In this document: piece after piece, positions 19,950 to 34,525 of the stretch | How the letters are laid out: each line of letters opens with the position of its first letter | Numbering within the stretch: position 1 is the first letter of the stretch | NCBI RefSeq assembly: GCF_001194135.2 | Contig: NC_068984.1 | Location: 146,233,829-146,297,828 of the forward strand | DNA: 64,000 nt | Direction of reading: 5' to 3' | Source: Octopus bimaculoides | Lineage: Eukaryota | Notes under the pieces: generated by a model | Database searches by the model: none | Told to the model about the DNA's origin: nothing | Seen by the model: the letters and a program-made list of their open reading frames with translations, nothing else | Program-made: the position numbers and the translations under genes

Positions 19950-22900
19950 GACACAAATCATCAAACAAAATAGTGCAAAATAGGAGAGAGAGAGAGAGAT
20001 CCCAACTTCAGCAACATTTACCTTTGACTTGGTTTTTTTTTTTTTTTTCAAAGCAAAGTAAAATGAAACAAAATTAAATATATACAAATTTCTCTTTATA
20101 AAAATTGACATGATTCATTTTTATTTTGATGGGAATGGATTGTATCACTTTGTGAAGTCCAGGTGACATAAAATACTGGTCATTCTCACTGCATGATGCA
20201 GGCATGTGCAGTACCCCCACCACCCTGTTGAGAAATAATACGGAGGAGGAAAAAAAAAGAAAAAGAAAAAAAAATCAATCACTCCAATAAAATCATGTTG
20301 AGCAAAAACAGTTAAATGGTTAACTAAAAGCATATGAAGAATGAATGGCTCAAAGAAAAATATTAATCCAAGTAAATCATTGGAATAAAGGTTCTGTTTG
20401 GTGAAAGATGATTCTACAGCCGACAGACAATGCAGAGAAATGGAATGGTTGCTGCCCTATGAGAGGATTATCGTTTGATTGATGCAGTGTGTGTGTGAGT
20501 GATGAATGACGAATGAACAAAGTGTTGAAGTATTATGAGCTGCACTTCTATACTACAAAACAAGGATTCGACAAAATCAGGAAAATGTGGGATAGAGACA
20601 GCTTTCAAAGATGAAGAGAAGAAAGGGAGGAAGATGGTTTTTTTAAAGGACGCATCAAACAGAAATTGCAGATTTCCTGAATTTGAAAGCAGTAAATTCA
20701 AAACCAAACAGATTAAGAAAAGGGAATAGCAACTCTGAAAAGAAACGAAAAGCAGCAATGGATCATTGTGAACTGATATACTTTGAAGAAAACATTAGTT
20801 GTTTTATAAATAACTAATTATAAATCTTGTATTTCGTAAATTTATGATTTGCAAGAACCATTCCTGCAGTTTTAATGAATGAAATCCTTTTCAATAGTTT
20901 AACAATACAATTTGATTGTTTTGTTGTTTTTTTTGTTCCTAACAACATTCACCAATCTTAGCTTCTTTTCAATGGAGGGATTAGCTTATCCAGTCAATGG
21001 ATATCTGATAATCAAATTCATTTTGTGTTAAACTATTAAAATCTTGATAATATTGAAAATAGATCCATCAACACACCACAGCCATTTTTTAAGAGAATCA
21101 AAATGTAAGAATGAAAGAGTTGGTTGATAAAATACAAAATGAAAATAGAAGTGCCTGACTATAACCCAAGTGAAAAAGAAAGGAAAATTATAAATAAAAC
21201 CAAATTTGCCCTTATTTAACATAATTAAGCACTTCAACACTTTGGAGTAAAAACAAAAAAATCTTTTAATTAAAAAAAAATAATAATAATTGAAAGACAT
21301 ACGTTTTAGCAGATGATTGTATTGTCTTGTTCATTTCCCATTTTCTTGAGATATGATTATGATTTGTGACATATGTGTATGGAGGGGGAATTAAATAGGA
21401 TGAAATACATTCAACAACCGAAATATCCACTGTAAAGCAAGAAATGATGAGAAAACTGATAAATGTTACAAAATTACATCTGGTGGGTAAAGAGAAGTAA
21501 TCCAAGTTGCAAACATTTACTCAAGATGATTCCATGCTAAAGGAAACACGACCATTCGAAAACTGGTCAGTCTTTCACCTCTGGTTTCCACACACAATAA
21601 CAACAACCAACAAATCAAACAGTTTAATGGAAACTAACATTTGATCCATACCTGGCTTTTTTTTTAATCTTTGTTTTTGGGTTATTTTTTCTCATTAACT
21701 TTTCCATGCCAACGCAAGTTAAATAGTTTTGACGAAATCAAGTTTTTCTTTTGAGACTCAGAAGAACAAGTTCTGTTTTTTTCCTCCCCCCCCCCAACTC
21801 CCACCTCCAGTAAATGACTTTACAATCTGAAACCATCCGATCACTACAAGGAACTGGTGACACAAACTTCACTTATTTAAACAGAGACAAACAAGACCAA
21901 ACTGGTGTGCTTTGTCATAAAGCAACTAATTACACGATGGTCGACAATCTGGCACTGTGGACACTATGGCCAATGTCTTTGAAGTGCCACAAAGCAGGCA
22001 TGACTGGGTGACTAACGAGCTTGGTTTGAGAAAAATGGTTTCCGGTTCAGTCCCATTGTGCAGCATCTCGAACAAGTGTTTTTTACGATATCCTCAGGAG
22101 GACCTAGATCTTAGGAGTGAATTTGATAGATGGAAAAGGAGTGAAGCTCAGTGTGTATGTACGGGGGAGGGGGGAATGGATCTGTTTCTTGCCTCTACTG
22201 TTTGACAACCACAGTTGGTTTGTTTATGTCCCTGTAAGTTAATGGTTTGATAATAGAGCCAGATTTCAATAAATAAGTGCAGGGTCAATCCATTTGAATA
22301 AAACCCCTTCAAGGCAGTGCCCCAGCATGACCACAGTCCACTGATTGAACCAAGATGAAAGCAGTGTTGTACCACTAAGGCAATGCATGTGTGTTACTCA
22401 TCTTAAGTTGCACAACTCCTACCAAGCAAAATGTTTGGTGGCGGAAAGGACAGGCAGCCAGTCGTTAAAATAAAAAAATTAAAAAAAAAACAAACTTGTT
22501 CCAACACTTTATATTTAGAAAAAACACCAAATTTGCAAAAATATTTAACTTGTGTCCATTTGAAAGTAAAAAGAAAGAATAAAAAAGCTATTCAGAAAAA
22601 GCCTTTTTAAAATAAAAAAAATAAAAACTGGTTTCAACATTAAAGCAGAAAAATAATAAAAGAAACAAATCAAACAGGCCTCAAACTAGATGCACATAGT
22701 TTTATGTAAAACATTGCAGTTTTATCTAAATGGCTGTTGCTGCTGAAGAAAAATATTGAAAAACCAAAAACAAAAAATCCATGAGTTTGCAGGTTGAGTT
22801 ATTGAAAGAAATTGTTCAAAGGAAACCAATTAAAATAAGGTTCATTTTATTTGGCCCAGAACAATAATTCTTGATCAGTAAAACCTGAAGTAAATAAACT

Positions 22901-25900
22901 TAATTTCATTAAGGTTCATCCTGTTGCAATATTCAGGATTAGCTGCAATACCCAGACAGATTTTTTGTTTTCTTTTTCAATTCAAATTCATGAAGAAAAA
23001 AAAAATTAATAAATAAATCACTGCAATTAAGCCTAGGTATATATATTTACTGAGGCAGATACCATAGCAAACAGTTTGTAAAACTACTAAATTCAACTGA
23101 AATTAATTACGTGTAACAACACTAATAAAATCTAGTTTTGTGGCCTGGTTTTAGGTTCTTGGGCTAACACTAAGGTTCATGGGTTTCTTCCTGAACCAGA
23201 TGTGCTCAAGTAAGGCCCTTCATTACTTCTCATTTGAAATGAGTGCCAGCCTAATACTAGTGTGCAGTCCTACTCTCCACCTCTTGTGGCCTGGATCGTC
23301 TTCGTCTGGTTCAATGATGGGAAGGGTGTTCACAACTACCTACAGCAATTAGCAAAATCATGGTAAATGCTACCAAGTCATACTTGCTTGCAAGTCACAG
23401 CTGGGGTTATTCTGGGGGGGGGGACTCTTAAGTACCCATGACATAATAGTAATACTAATCAGTCAAGTGAATAAAAAAACAGTATTTCACTAAAAACTGA
23501 AGCAGAATATGAGCAAGATTAGCCAGCAGTTGTCAAGGATATTTAAAAATCATCTCCTGTGAGGTGGTTGGCATGAGGAAGGACATCCAGTCATAAAAAC
23601 CAAGCCAAAGTAGACAGGGGCATTTGGTACAGTCGTTTGGTTTATTGTCCAGCCCATAGCAGCATGGAAGACAAATGTTAAATGTTGATGAGGAGGAGGA
23701 AGATGATGATGATTGTGAGGTTGACAGACATGCATCACATTCTCATAGCTGCATCACATTCATTGTCTGATGCAGATGAGAGAAGGATATTCTCTTCTGA
23801 TAAAACTTTCTATTGCAGGACTACCAAAATATCATTACACCTTGTCCCCTAAAAATATATGTAACAAATGCATTAAGCGTTACACAGAAAGCAATATTTT
23901 TTCTTTTAATCTAATCACTGAATCACTTTAGATTAATTTTATAATTTTCTTTGATCCTGTTCTAATATACAAAAAAAAAAAAAGTAAGACTATGCAACAC
24001 TAGCAGATCTGATAGTGATAAGAAGCCCTTACTAAGTCCCTACCATTATCTTAATTACATAAATATATAATATTATATATATAACATAATAATAATATAT
24101 AAACATATATGACATAACATGATATATATAATATATATATATATTATATAATACACAAAGCTCCATACAATTTACACCCAACATTAAAAAAAATCAAGAT
24201 AAAACTACAGATTGGTGAGGCCAGATTTAATTTATTGATCTTTTTTGTTTTTCCTTTAAGAGAGAGAGGAGAGAGATAGAGTTAGAGGAGGACATGTAAC
24301 ACAACATCTATATCATGAAAGGTCAACAAACTACTCAATACAACTAGAATTGTAAAAATAAAAGAAACAAACATTTGGGGGGAGAAAAAAAAAAAACTAA
24401 AAAAAGAAAAAAAAAGCACCCACAAAAGTCTACAACCTAATTGGTTATTAGTCATTTTAATAAAATGGGTAAAGAAAACAAGAAACTATACCTTAATAGT
24501 TGTTTTCATGATAGCAGTAAAACAACAAGTGCAATCAGTTTAAATGCGACCAATTGATGCTGTTCATAGCAACACAAGGGAAGTAATTACTAAAGTTGGT
24601 TGTGATAAATTATTTCTAATATTATTATTATTGTTATAACCACTTTCATTTCAATGGATACTGAAAGAAAATGGCAATCCATCAACAATTCACGTCTACA
24701 AACTTAATGACAGACGTCTATATTAAAATTCCACCATTCCACCATCAGTAAAATTAGGTTGCTACCATAATTAGTACTAAATTACAAGTGGGGATTCCAA
24801 TAAGTTGGAAATCAATGGTTAGAAAGATTTCATTAGTGAATGCAACATAAATAATTCCACATAAAAAGAGTGTAAAAAACATGCCAATGAAACTAGTAAA
24901 AGATGCCAAACATGAAGTGAATCTAAAATTTCATATCAAAAGTCTTGAATTGAAGAAGTTGTGCTATGTTTCTAATATTTTGAAAAAGCTCACAAAGAAA
25001 ATACANNNNNNNNNNNNNGGGGGGGGAGAAGAAGCTATTTGAGTTTGACGATATATGTGGATTATAAGAATTTAATGCAAAGAAAGGCTAGCAATTGTAC
25101 AAGCATAAAATGGAAACAGTTAATGGAAATGCTGGCTGCATTCCATTACAAAGAAAGCCCAAATGACTGGATTAAATTACCACAATGTAGACATTATCAA
25201 GGAAAGAAAGACTATGAAGGCCATTTGAATCAGGAGATTGGAGGTTTTTTTGTATCTAAACTGGGATTTGTATAAAAATGATTGAAGCTTAGGAATTTTA
25301 AAGGAGGGGAGAGAGAGAGAGAGAGAGAGAGAACTGATGTAAGTTAGAAATTAAATGTTTCTCATTTAAAAGAAATTAAATTTAAAAAAAAAGGAGGGGT
25401 TCAGTCAGATTCTCTCTCAGAAAATGTGGATAGAATTAACAACGAAAACAAGGATGGAAGTTAGCAGAGTTGACCATCTTCTACAACACCACCTAATTAC
25501 TTATAACACACTAAATTTTGATAAAATAGTAATCAGAAACAGACAAATTCCATTTGCACAGCAACCTGAAATGCAATGTACTGTCCTTCTATGCCCTTAC
25601 TGAATGGCAACTCTGTATGCAGTAGGAATATTCTTCAATGTACACATTTACACATAAATTGGGCAGAATATGCACAATTTATTTTAAGCTATTTATATCA
25701 GAACATAAAAGCTACCATTGCCTAAGTTTTTACATTCAAAGATGAGTAGAAAATTAACTTCAATTATGTTAGCAACAAATTTAAATGTTAACACCATTGA
25801 AGAGAAAAAAAAAATTAAAAATTAATGGCTATGATGTGTATTTAATAAAACTACTTCAGGATTTGCTCATGAGTAGCAGGAAGGACATCCACCCCGTCTA

Positions 25901-27625
25901 TTTGCATTCGAACATCGCAATTGCTGTGATATGTCTGGAATAATAAAAAGATAAACTAAAATTGCAGTGTGTGAAGGCATGTTTGTCAAACCTGTTTTAC
26001 ACACACAGCAATTCCCAGAGTCACAGATAGACTATAATAATAATAATAATGATGATGATGTCAAGGTATGATGCTAACAAGATCACCTAAACAACAGGTT
26101 ACGTTGGCTAAAGAGCTTAATTATTAACTGAGAATACAATAAAATTATCAGAGTAGAAAACGTGAAGAGCAGAAGAAAACTTGTTAAGTATAGGAAAACA
26201 AACAACCCCCAATCTAACATTAAGCATAAGAATTGTTGCCTTATATTTTATACTTTAGTAGGGGAGAGAGGTTTACCATTAAATGCATTATACTGTCTAA
26301 TGTTAGCCAGGTGATTCTGTAAGGAGAAAAACTAAATGAAGATAATTTTTAAATACTACAAATGTATCAGTAGAAACACAACTTGATGAAAATTTGTTCT
26401 TGGTGGAATACTGAGACATAAATATTTTGATACAAAAGGGAGGAAACAAAGAAAATGGAATAAAAGATACCCTGTTAAATTACTTATAAACATGAAACTG
26501 AAGAAACTAAAAGATAATTTCAAATTATATGGAATAATGGGAGAAGTGTTTGCTATTTCAATATTAGTGTTAAGTGGTACACTAACATACATACACACGC
26601 ACACAGCTATTGGTACATTCAGGGTTAGATCAGAGTAGTGAATAGAAGTAGAAGATCAAAAATAATTTCATTTCAGCTCAAATGAATAAAATCTGTGAAA
26701 TCAGTTCTTGAAATAAAAATAACAAAATTTTACTGTGTTATGATCAAAGATTTCAGTTGGTAGAATTAACATTTTCTTATGAATAGATGCAATCAATATA
26801 GATATATATATATATAAATTCATCTTATTCCGGTGGAAGAGAGAGACGGTTTATTTCATTTTTAGGATTATCCTGATCCACTAAAACCTAACTCAAAAAA
26901 TCTTTTGTAGAATGAACAATTCTTCACAAGGGGCTACTAAGTTAAATTGTTCATAAACACACACACACACAAACATACACACTAAACAAATGGAACTAAA
27001 ATTAAACTTCAGAGAAATTCTTTTTTTTTTTAAAGACAACAGCAAAACAACATTTACTTACATGTGAATCACTGGCATCATAAGACAAAAAAAAAGAAGA
27101 CTTAATGTACAAAATATGGATGTAGGGAAACAAAATAATTCATAAAAATTAAAATGAGTTTGGCTATATAACATGTGGGTATGAAGAGTGTGTGTGTGTA
27201 AGTGTGAGTGTGAGCTGTGTTTGCTATTGTTGTTGTTGTTACAGTAAATGGCAACATATAAAAAGTTAGAGGGTTTGTTCTCTAAACTGTGAAGAATGAG
27301 TTACAAGTGGGAGGTTAAAAGGTTTCGACTCATTGTCTTTGTCAGATTCAGTCCTTTCTGTAAATAGCCAACCCTAAAAGGGGACAGTGTGAAGCTAGAC
27401 ACACAAAAGAAAAATTAAAAACCAAAAAAGGGAAGGGTAGAAAAAAAAAAATTTTAAAAACTTGTTAAAAATTCAAAGGAAAAATAAATGGAAGAGTGTC
27501 CAGTATTTTGGTTCTTTTTTTTTTTTTTTAATAAAATGACAATAACTAAATTGGTAGACAGTAAGTAAGCTGCTCTGAATATGTAGTGTTGTTGTTGTTG
27601 GTGGTTAACAGTAGAAATAGTAGCA
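19950..27625 (-). other. Putative long 3' UTR of the ZNF385-like gene
   Basis: Follows the strong acceptor at 27684. A-runs dominate on plus (U-rich on the transcript). Only about two old SINE-type copies occur in ~7.7 kb, versus roughly one per kb elsewhere. Several minus-strand AATAAA are present; the true end is not determinable. Confidence 0.45.
25006..25018. other. Assembly gap (13 N)
   Basis: N run abutting a poly-G tract. Confidence 0.95.
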
Positions 27626-27684
27626 TTAATAGATGAAGACAGTACCCATCTCCAATGTGCCAACATGAGGCATATGAAACCAGG
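27626..27684 (-). CDS. Candidate alternative terminal exon C of the ZNF385-like gene (or start of the terminal 3' UTR exon)
   Basis: Strong acceptor tttctttctcttcttccag| at 27684. If joined to the phase-1 donor at 32601 it reads (A)WFHMPHVGTLEMGTVFIY*. Confidence 0.4.
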
Positions 27685-30465
27685 CTGGAAGAAGAGAAAG
27701 AAATTTCATTAAAAAAGGCAGTTTAAATTTGATACAAATGAGTCACATTAGTCTAGCTACATTCTGCTAAGTGTAAACATTTTAAAGACATTTTCAGAAC
27801 TAACTCCATTTTATGCAGAAAACATCAGGATTAAATCATTTTGCTAATTTGAAGAAATACAATGAAAGTTTACTCATTGAGACCAAGATGAAATTGTACC
27901 GATATTTTCAAATAAAAAATTGTAGGTGCACACGTGTGCATGGAAACACAGGTGTGGCTGTGTGGTTAAGAATTAAAAAGTTTTCTTCCCAATCACATGT
28001 TCTGGGTTCAGTCCCATTGCATGTCTTCTATAACCCTGAGTCAACCAATGCCATGTGAGTAGATTTGGTAAAACGAAACGGACAACCGGTTATACAAGTG
28101 ATGTGCATTTCTGATCTTGTATGAAAACATGTTTGGCCATGGGTGAATATTCTTTCACTTGGAAACAAGTCAGAGTTAGTGACAGGAAAGGCATCCAGTC
28201 ACAGAAAACCTGTCCAACCCATGCAAGCAAGGAGATGTGAACACTAAAACCAATGATATTATACAAAATGAAAGTACAAAGTATTAATCTTGCTTTTATC
28301 AAAATTACAACAGCAGACATATTGAGGTGCTTTTAAGGAAAATTCATAAAATAGAGAAATTGGTGGAAACAGTAGGTTCCAGACTACAAGACTTGGAACA
28401 GACATACTTGCTTACATACTGACGTTGATACAACTCCATTAATTAATTTAATTAACTAAAACAGTTTGATTCCACTTTCAGCTTTTCATTCAACGAGTTA
28501 ATAAGAATTTTCAAAATGCTGAAAGTCAAACCAAAGACTCATCAACCGCAGGGAAACAAACAAAAGAAAAACTGATATGAACAGACAGACGCATAGGTTG
28601 GCTGGGTGGTTAAGCAGCTTGCTTCTCAACCATGTGGTCTTGAGTTCAGTCTCACTGCATGGCACCTTATGCAAATTGTCTTCTACTAAAGCCCTGGGAT
28701 GACCAAATCTTATGGGTGGATTTGGTAAACAGAAACTGTAAGAAGCCCACCATGTATATAATCTATAATATACATATAAGGCCGTGTGGTTGAGTAGCTT
28801 GTTCCCAACCAAATGGTTTCAAGTTCATTTCCACTGTGTGGCACCTTGAGTAACTCTTCTACTACAGCCCCAACGCTGACCAAAGCCTTATGAATGGATT
28901 TCGCAGACAGAAATATGTGTGTGTGTGTTGACCTTTGTATTGACATAATGAGACAAGTGTAAACAAGCGCCCCTGTCATATAAGCGATTTTGTTCATTTC
29001 CAGTTGTCCCTGTAAAGCATGTCTGGCTTGGAAACATGAAGAGTGACAACAGGAAAGACATCCAACCATAGAGAATCTGCCATATGAGTCATGCAAGCAT
29101 GGAGAATTGGATTTATGATGATGATGATGAATCACATGAAAATAAAGCATCAGGATCATAAAACACTCCCTCCATAGCTGAACAGTTGATCTACACACTA
29201 CCACCAATCGAGCAATTTGCTACAGTTCGCTGTAATAATGCTGGTAAATCTTCCCATTTCATATAAACAGAGAAACAGCAATTATCTTTTGTATATTTTC
29301 AATTCTTTGAAATACCGCTAAGCATTTCACCCGGTGTGCTAACGTTTCTGCTAGCTCGCCGCCTGTGCCTGTTGCCCCATGACAAAGTGTTAGTTTGTTT
29401 ACATACCCATGACTTTGCAGTTCAGCAAAAGATACCTGGCTTTAATAAAAATACAAATTGTGAGGACAATTTGTAGACTGAAAACCCTTCAAGGCAATGT
29501 CCCAGAATGGCCACAATCCAATGACTGAAACAAGTAAAAGAAAGTATAAATTTGAAAGAAATTGCAGACAAAATTCTCATCATTATCGTTTAAAGTCTGC
29601 CTTCCCTGCTGGCATGGGTGGGACAGTTTGACAAGAGCTGGCCAGGAAGAAGCCTGAACCAGGCTTCTGGGACTGTTTTGGCAGGATTTTTACAGCTGGA
29701 TGCCCTAAGAATTTAAGTTGGACCAATATGACAAGAAAAATGACAGTAACAACTTCTTTGCCAATCACAACAACCTGTAAATTATTTTGGAAGCTTAAAT
29801 TTAAACATGAGCACAGTGGTGGTGGTGGTGGTCACTATATACAAACATAACCCATTCTGGAGTCTTGTCCATTAACCCAATTGTTTATTGCATAAATATT
29901 TGAGATACATGTAAGGAGAATTCGTTCTAAGCCATACCCAGCCTCCACATAACAGCCTGAAATGATCTATTGTTTGTCCAATCATCTATAGCAATAAATA
30001 CATAAATATATATATATACACACGCATGTTTTTTTTTCCTTGTCTTCTGTCCATCAAGAGGTATGTTTTTTTTTTTATCAAAAAATAAAGAGAAATATTA
30101 TTATTTCCTATATAAACTATGAAAATTTGCAAGCTACATGAAATGTATACATGAACTTTAACCGTTTATACACATTCTCCCAGTCACTCAGAGGTGTGCA
30201 TAGTTGACTTGCAGTTTGTTGCTCAAATGCCTGTTGGCTGAATATAATTTTCTTCAGAAAACTGCTTGCTATACAACTTGTTCCTTTAGCATACCATTTA
30301 AATATGCTCCCCCAGTGAGTTATACATGTGCACAGCCTGCTTGTAGCTTCATTGATCGAATTTCAGTTCATTCTGCAAGTTTTATTTATCGATTGGAAAA
30401 AAAAGCATTCATTATTCAATTTGTTCATTCAGAGGACCATTCGTAGATGGGTGTCCCACTGTGCT

Positions 30466-30557
30466 TTAAAAGAGATGGTCTTGTATCCTTGAACCAAAGG
30501 CAGCTTTATGCAGACTGGCATCAAAAGAGTTAGAAAGTATTTCTAATACATTATCAT
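30466..30557 (-). CDS. Candidate alternative terminal exon B of the ZNF385-like gene
   Basis: Acceptor ctctattttgtttgtctgcag| at 30557; phase-1 reading (D)DNVLEILSNSFDASLHKAAFGSRIQDHLF*; AATAAA at 30386-30381. Confidence 0.3.
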
Positions 30558-30617
30558 CTGCAGACAAACAAAATAGAGGAACTTTTTAATGAAACAGACA
30601 TTACCAGAACTCAAGTG

Positions 30618-30709
30618 TTAGTCATCATCTTTGCACTCTAGAGAGTCTCCATCTTTGTCATCAAGACATTTGCCATCTAATTTCTGCATTTTATTTCCAT
30701 GCTTATTGC
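30618..30709 (-). CDS. ZNF385: ZNF385-like coding exon 4 (terminal exon A)
   Basis: Acceptor ttttcttacag| at 30709; (G)NKHGNKMQKLDGKCLDDKDGDSLECKDDD*; TAA at 30620-30618. Confidence 0.65.
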
Positions 30710-33700
30710 CTGTAAGAAAATGAAAAATCAGGATAAAAAACTAAGAGAAGAAAAAAAAAAAAAAAAGAAACAGGGGGAAACGTAAAAGGGGAAACATTTC
30801 CCTTTTGCTAAGATGATCTATCTTAAGTCCCTGATGAAAATACAAGTGAGATATTTTAACAAACTGTAGTTACTTGCCTTAGATTTAAGGCAGGATACTA
30901 TATTTTAATGCCTGGTGAAGCCAGGGACTGCAATTCACAGTCCACCAAAGCAGAAACTGATGCCAACAGTCTGGCTTAATTTATTAAATTTTAATTGGTG
31001 GTGAACAATAGCAAAATGGTTACAAATTTCCAACAAGCTAAGTACAAGTTCACAGCATGGTGAGAGCAACAAGGCAATGCCTGTAACTCTAAGATAAAAA
31101 AAATTAATATTCATTTTTATGTTGTTATAATAAAAACAATTTAACATTAAACTGAAGAATTATTCAATCCTTTTGTATGGAGTACATAATCCGTTACACC
31201 TTGATAATAAGAGGAGTGACAGTGACTCTGAGGTTTCCAGGAGGTAACCTTCATTGGCCTTTTGCAGCACTCCACTTCCCACTGAAGGCTAACAGCTTGA
31301 AATTTCAAAGTCATGAAGAAAATTATACTCTGAATACAATGTATGAATTATTAAAGATAATCTTTCAAAATACTTTGTCTCCACAAAGTGATTGTCAGAT
31401 TTACTTGTCGATAAGCCCTACCATCTCATACTTGATTTTGACAGAAAAACACTTGGATGGGACACATTTGGGGGTAAAGTTGAAACTATCAACAGAGAGG
31501 TGTACAACTTATGGGTAAATACAGTAATTAGTGAGTACAGCTCTGATTAAAAATGGGGGAGGGTTGTTAGAAAATGTATTGGTTCTACTTACCACTCTTA
31601 TGAGCTTCCAACTGTTGCATAGAGTTCACAGAAATGTTACATAAGCTACAGAAAAACAAACCTAATTTTTTCCCTAAATCTTCTCCTGGGGGGAAAAAAA
31701 AAGTCAAATGATTATAAACACAGAAAAGTGAAATGTTTTGTTTATGTTAATGAAATAGGGAGGATACTTAAAATTAAAAACAAACCTATTTTTCATAGCA
31801 GAACCATATGGCTTTACTAAATGATTAAAAGGGAATAATTGAGGATGAATATGTCATGAGAAAATAGGGTCAGGATTTTGAATAGGTTTTAACCATGTTA
31901 CTAGATTCTATGTATTTGGCAATATGAAAAATCAGAACTGTGACTTAAATTATATTCAAGTTACAATTTGCCAATTAAAATTAAACAGTTCCATTTTAAT
32001 TACTAGATTTGATGACATTTATGACACCCCACCCCCACCTCAATCTCTCCATGACCTCTATTATAAACTTTTAATGTGCTAAAACCTTTTCACCCAATGA
32101 ATATTTGCTGCATAAATTGGGGTACATCAAAAAAAAAAAAAAAAAAGGCCCATGCATCGTCTATGCCATCAAATAGAGTAACATTATTTTAAACTTGGGA
32201 ACTTCATAAATACACGGAAGAGCTTCTTTCCTGTAGCACTTCTGCATAAGTTGTCTTACACAGCATTCCACTTGCACACACACACACACACAGCTGTTAA
32301 GGCCGCCCTTCCTTCCTTCCATTCATACGTACTTCACTAAATTTTGATGATTAACAAATGAAAGGCAAATAATCTTGAGAGATCCGTATTTCCCTGACTT
32401 AATCAAAATTGAACTCCATGATTTATTATTATTATTATCTTAATTTCAAACAGTAGAATCGTTTACTCTAATGTTCCTACAATTATTTTAAGAATAGACA
32501 AAGTACATTAACGTTAAAAAAAGATGACATTTATCAAAACAAAAAAAAACTGCAGGGACAAAAACATGGCCGATGGCATTCTGAAAGCTGTTTCCGCTCA
32601 CCATTAGTGTCTCTATCAGGAGAATCCTCATCTGTCTCCATATTCTTTGTATTCTCCACCATCTTTACTTTCTTTGCATGCCGCAATCCATTATAATGCT
32701 GAGCAGCTTGAGCTTCTGAGTTAAAGGTCCGGTTACAATGGCTGCAAGTTACCTGCAAGAGACACCACAACCCATAAATCCAGCATTCTAACAGTTTTTA
32801 CCACCTTTTCTTTCACAACTCAAAAACTGCCAGGCCTACACTTCTCTCTTTGGTCCAATTCACACCAACATAAGGAAAGAGAAGAAAAGAAATCACAGAA
32901 ATTACAGAACTAATTAGCTAAACCTCTATCAGGAAATGGAAGAAGACATGCTACGCAATTACATTTTGTAAACTCTTTTCGACCTGATTCACAAAATTTC
33001 ACACACATTTTCTATTTTAATTCTATTTATCCTTATAAAATGAAACAGTTGCATATTCTAACTCACTCCTCTTATCTCTTGCACACTTAATGAACCTTTA
33101 ATAAATAAAGGCTATTTGGACAGAACTTCTATAAATGTTATTAAAAAAAAAAAAAATTTTAAGAAACACTTTATTTCATACTTTATGAAATCAGTGACAT
33201 GTCTCAGGTAGCTCATTAGATTAAGCATTACTTAATCCACTAAGACATTGCCAAAATTACTGCACATGGCTTGTCAGTCTTCTACAATTGAGGGAACCAC
33301 AATATCAAGTTGGTTTTTTTAAACGACAGTATTAAAATAAACCTCTGATAATTTATGAATGCCAAAAATCTAAGTTTAATCTACAACAACAATATATTAT
33401 CAAAGTCCATTTCCAAATTTTATGCATTATTTTTCGTTATTCCTACTCATTATATACTATCTAGTCATTAATACTGTCTCTAAATAGAATATCCTGCATT
33501 TCACGTTTCCATTAAATTCTAAAATATCTAAGAATTAAGGCTAATTTCCAAAAACAACCTTTTCCTTCATTTTCCACACAAACATGAACACTCCATCATA
33601 AAGATAGCACGAATGACAGTAATGCTTAGTTTTGTATAAGGAGGTATAGTTTTTAGTGCATGTACTGGTATATAATACATATCATATATAACATCACATA

Positions 33701-34490
33701 TATATCATATAATACATATACCATATATATATATATATATAATATATATATATATATCATATATGACATATAATACATATTTTATATGTAATATATAAAA
33801 TACATAATATATATATTAATATATTATATTTATAATATATATATATATGTAAAATATATATATATTATGTATATAATATTATATGCTGTGTGTGGTGCAA
33901 GGTAGACCTTTTTTTCGCCAACACACCTGAGCTGTCGTTGTATTGTCAGAATTGTTAACATTTGACTTTTTCTTTTTCCTTCTGCGAAATCTGAAACCGG
34001 CCACGTAGATCCATTTTTTCTGTCCACAGAGAGAAAGAAAAAGATATTTGTTTACAATTGTCACAATACAGCCATGGCGAGCGACAGCAACATATATATA
34101 TTATATATATATATATAATATTGTTGGCCAACCTGCTAGAAATAGCAGCCAAATTTCACCCTACCATCTTAGGCACACATTGGGATAACGTAGTCACCAA
34201 CAAGAAGGAAAAAATCACAACTGGATCATCTTCAATAAACACACACAAACACACCCACGTGTACACATGTACATGTATGTGCATGTGTGTACACTCCCTT
34301 TTGTGTGAAGATGCATTTCTTGTCTATTTTGAAAAATAATTGTGTACAAATACATGTATGCACACACAAACAATTGTCTATTATATATATATATATCATC
34401 ATCATCGTTTAATGTCCGCTTTCCATGCTAGCATGGGTTGGACGATTTGACTGAGGACTGGTGAAACCGGATGGCAACACCAGGCTCCAG

Positions 34491-34525
<35 letters not shown>

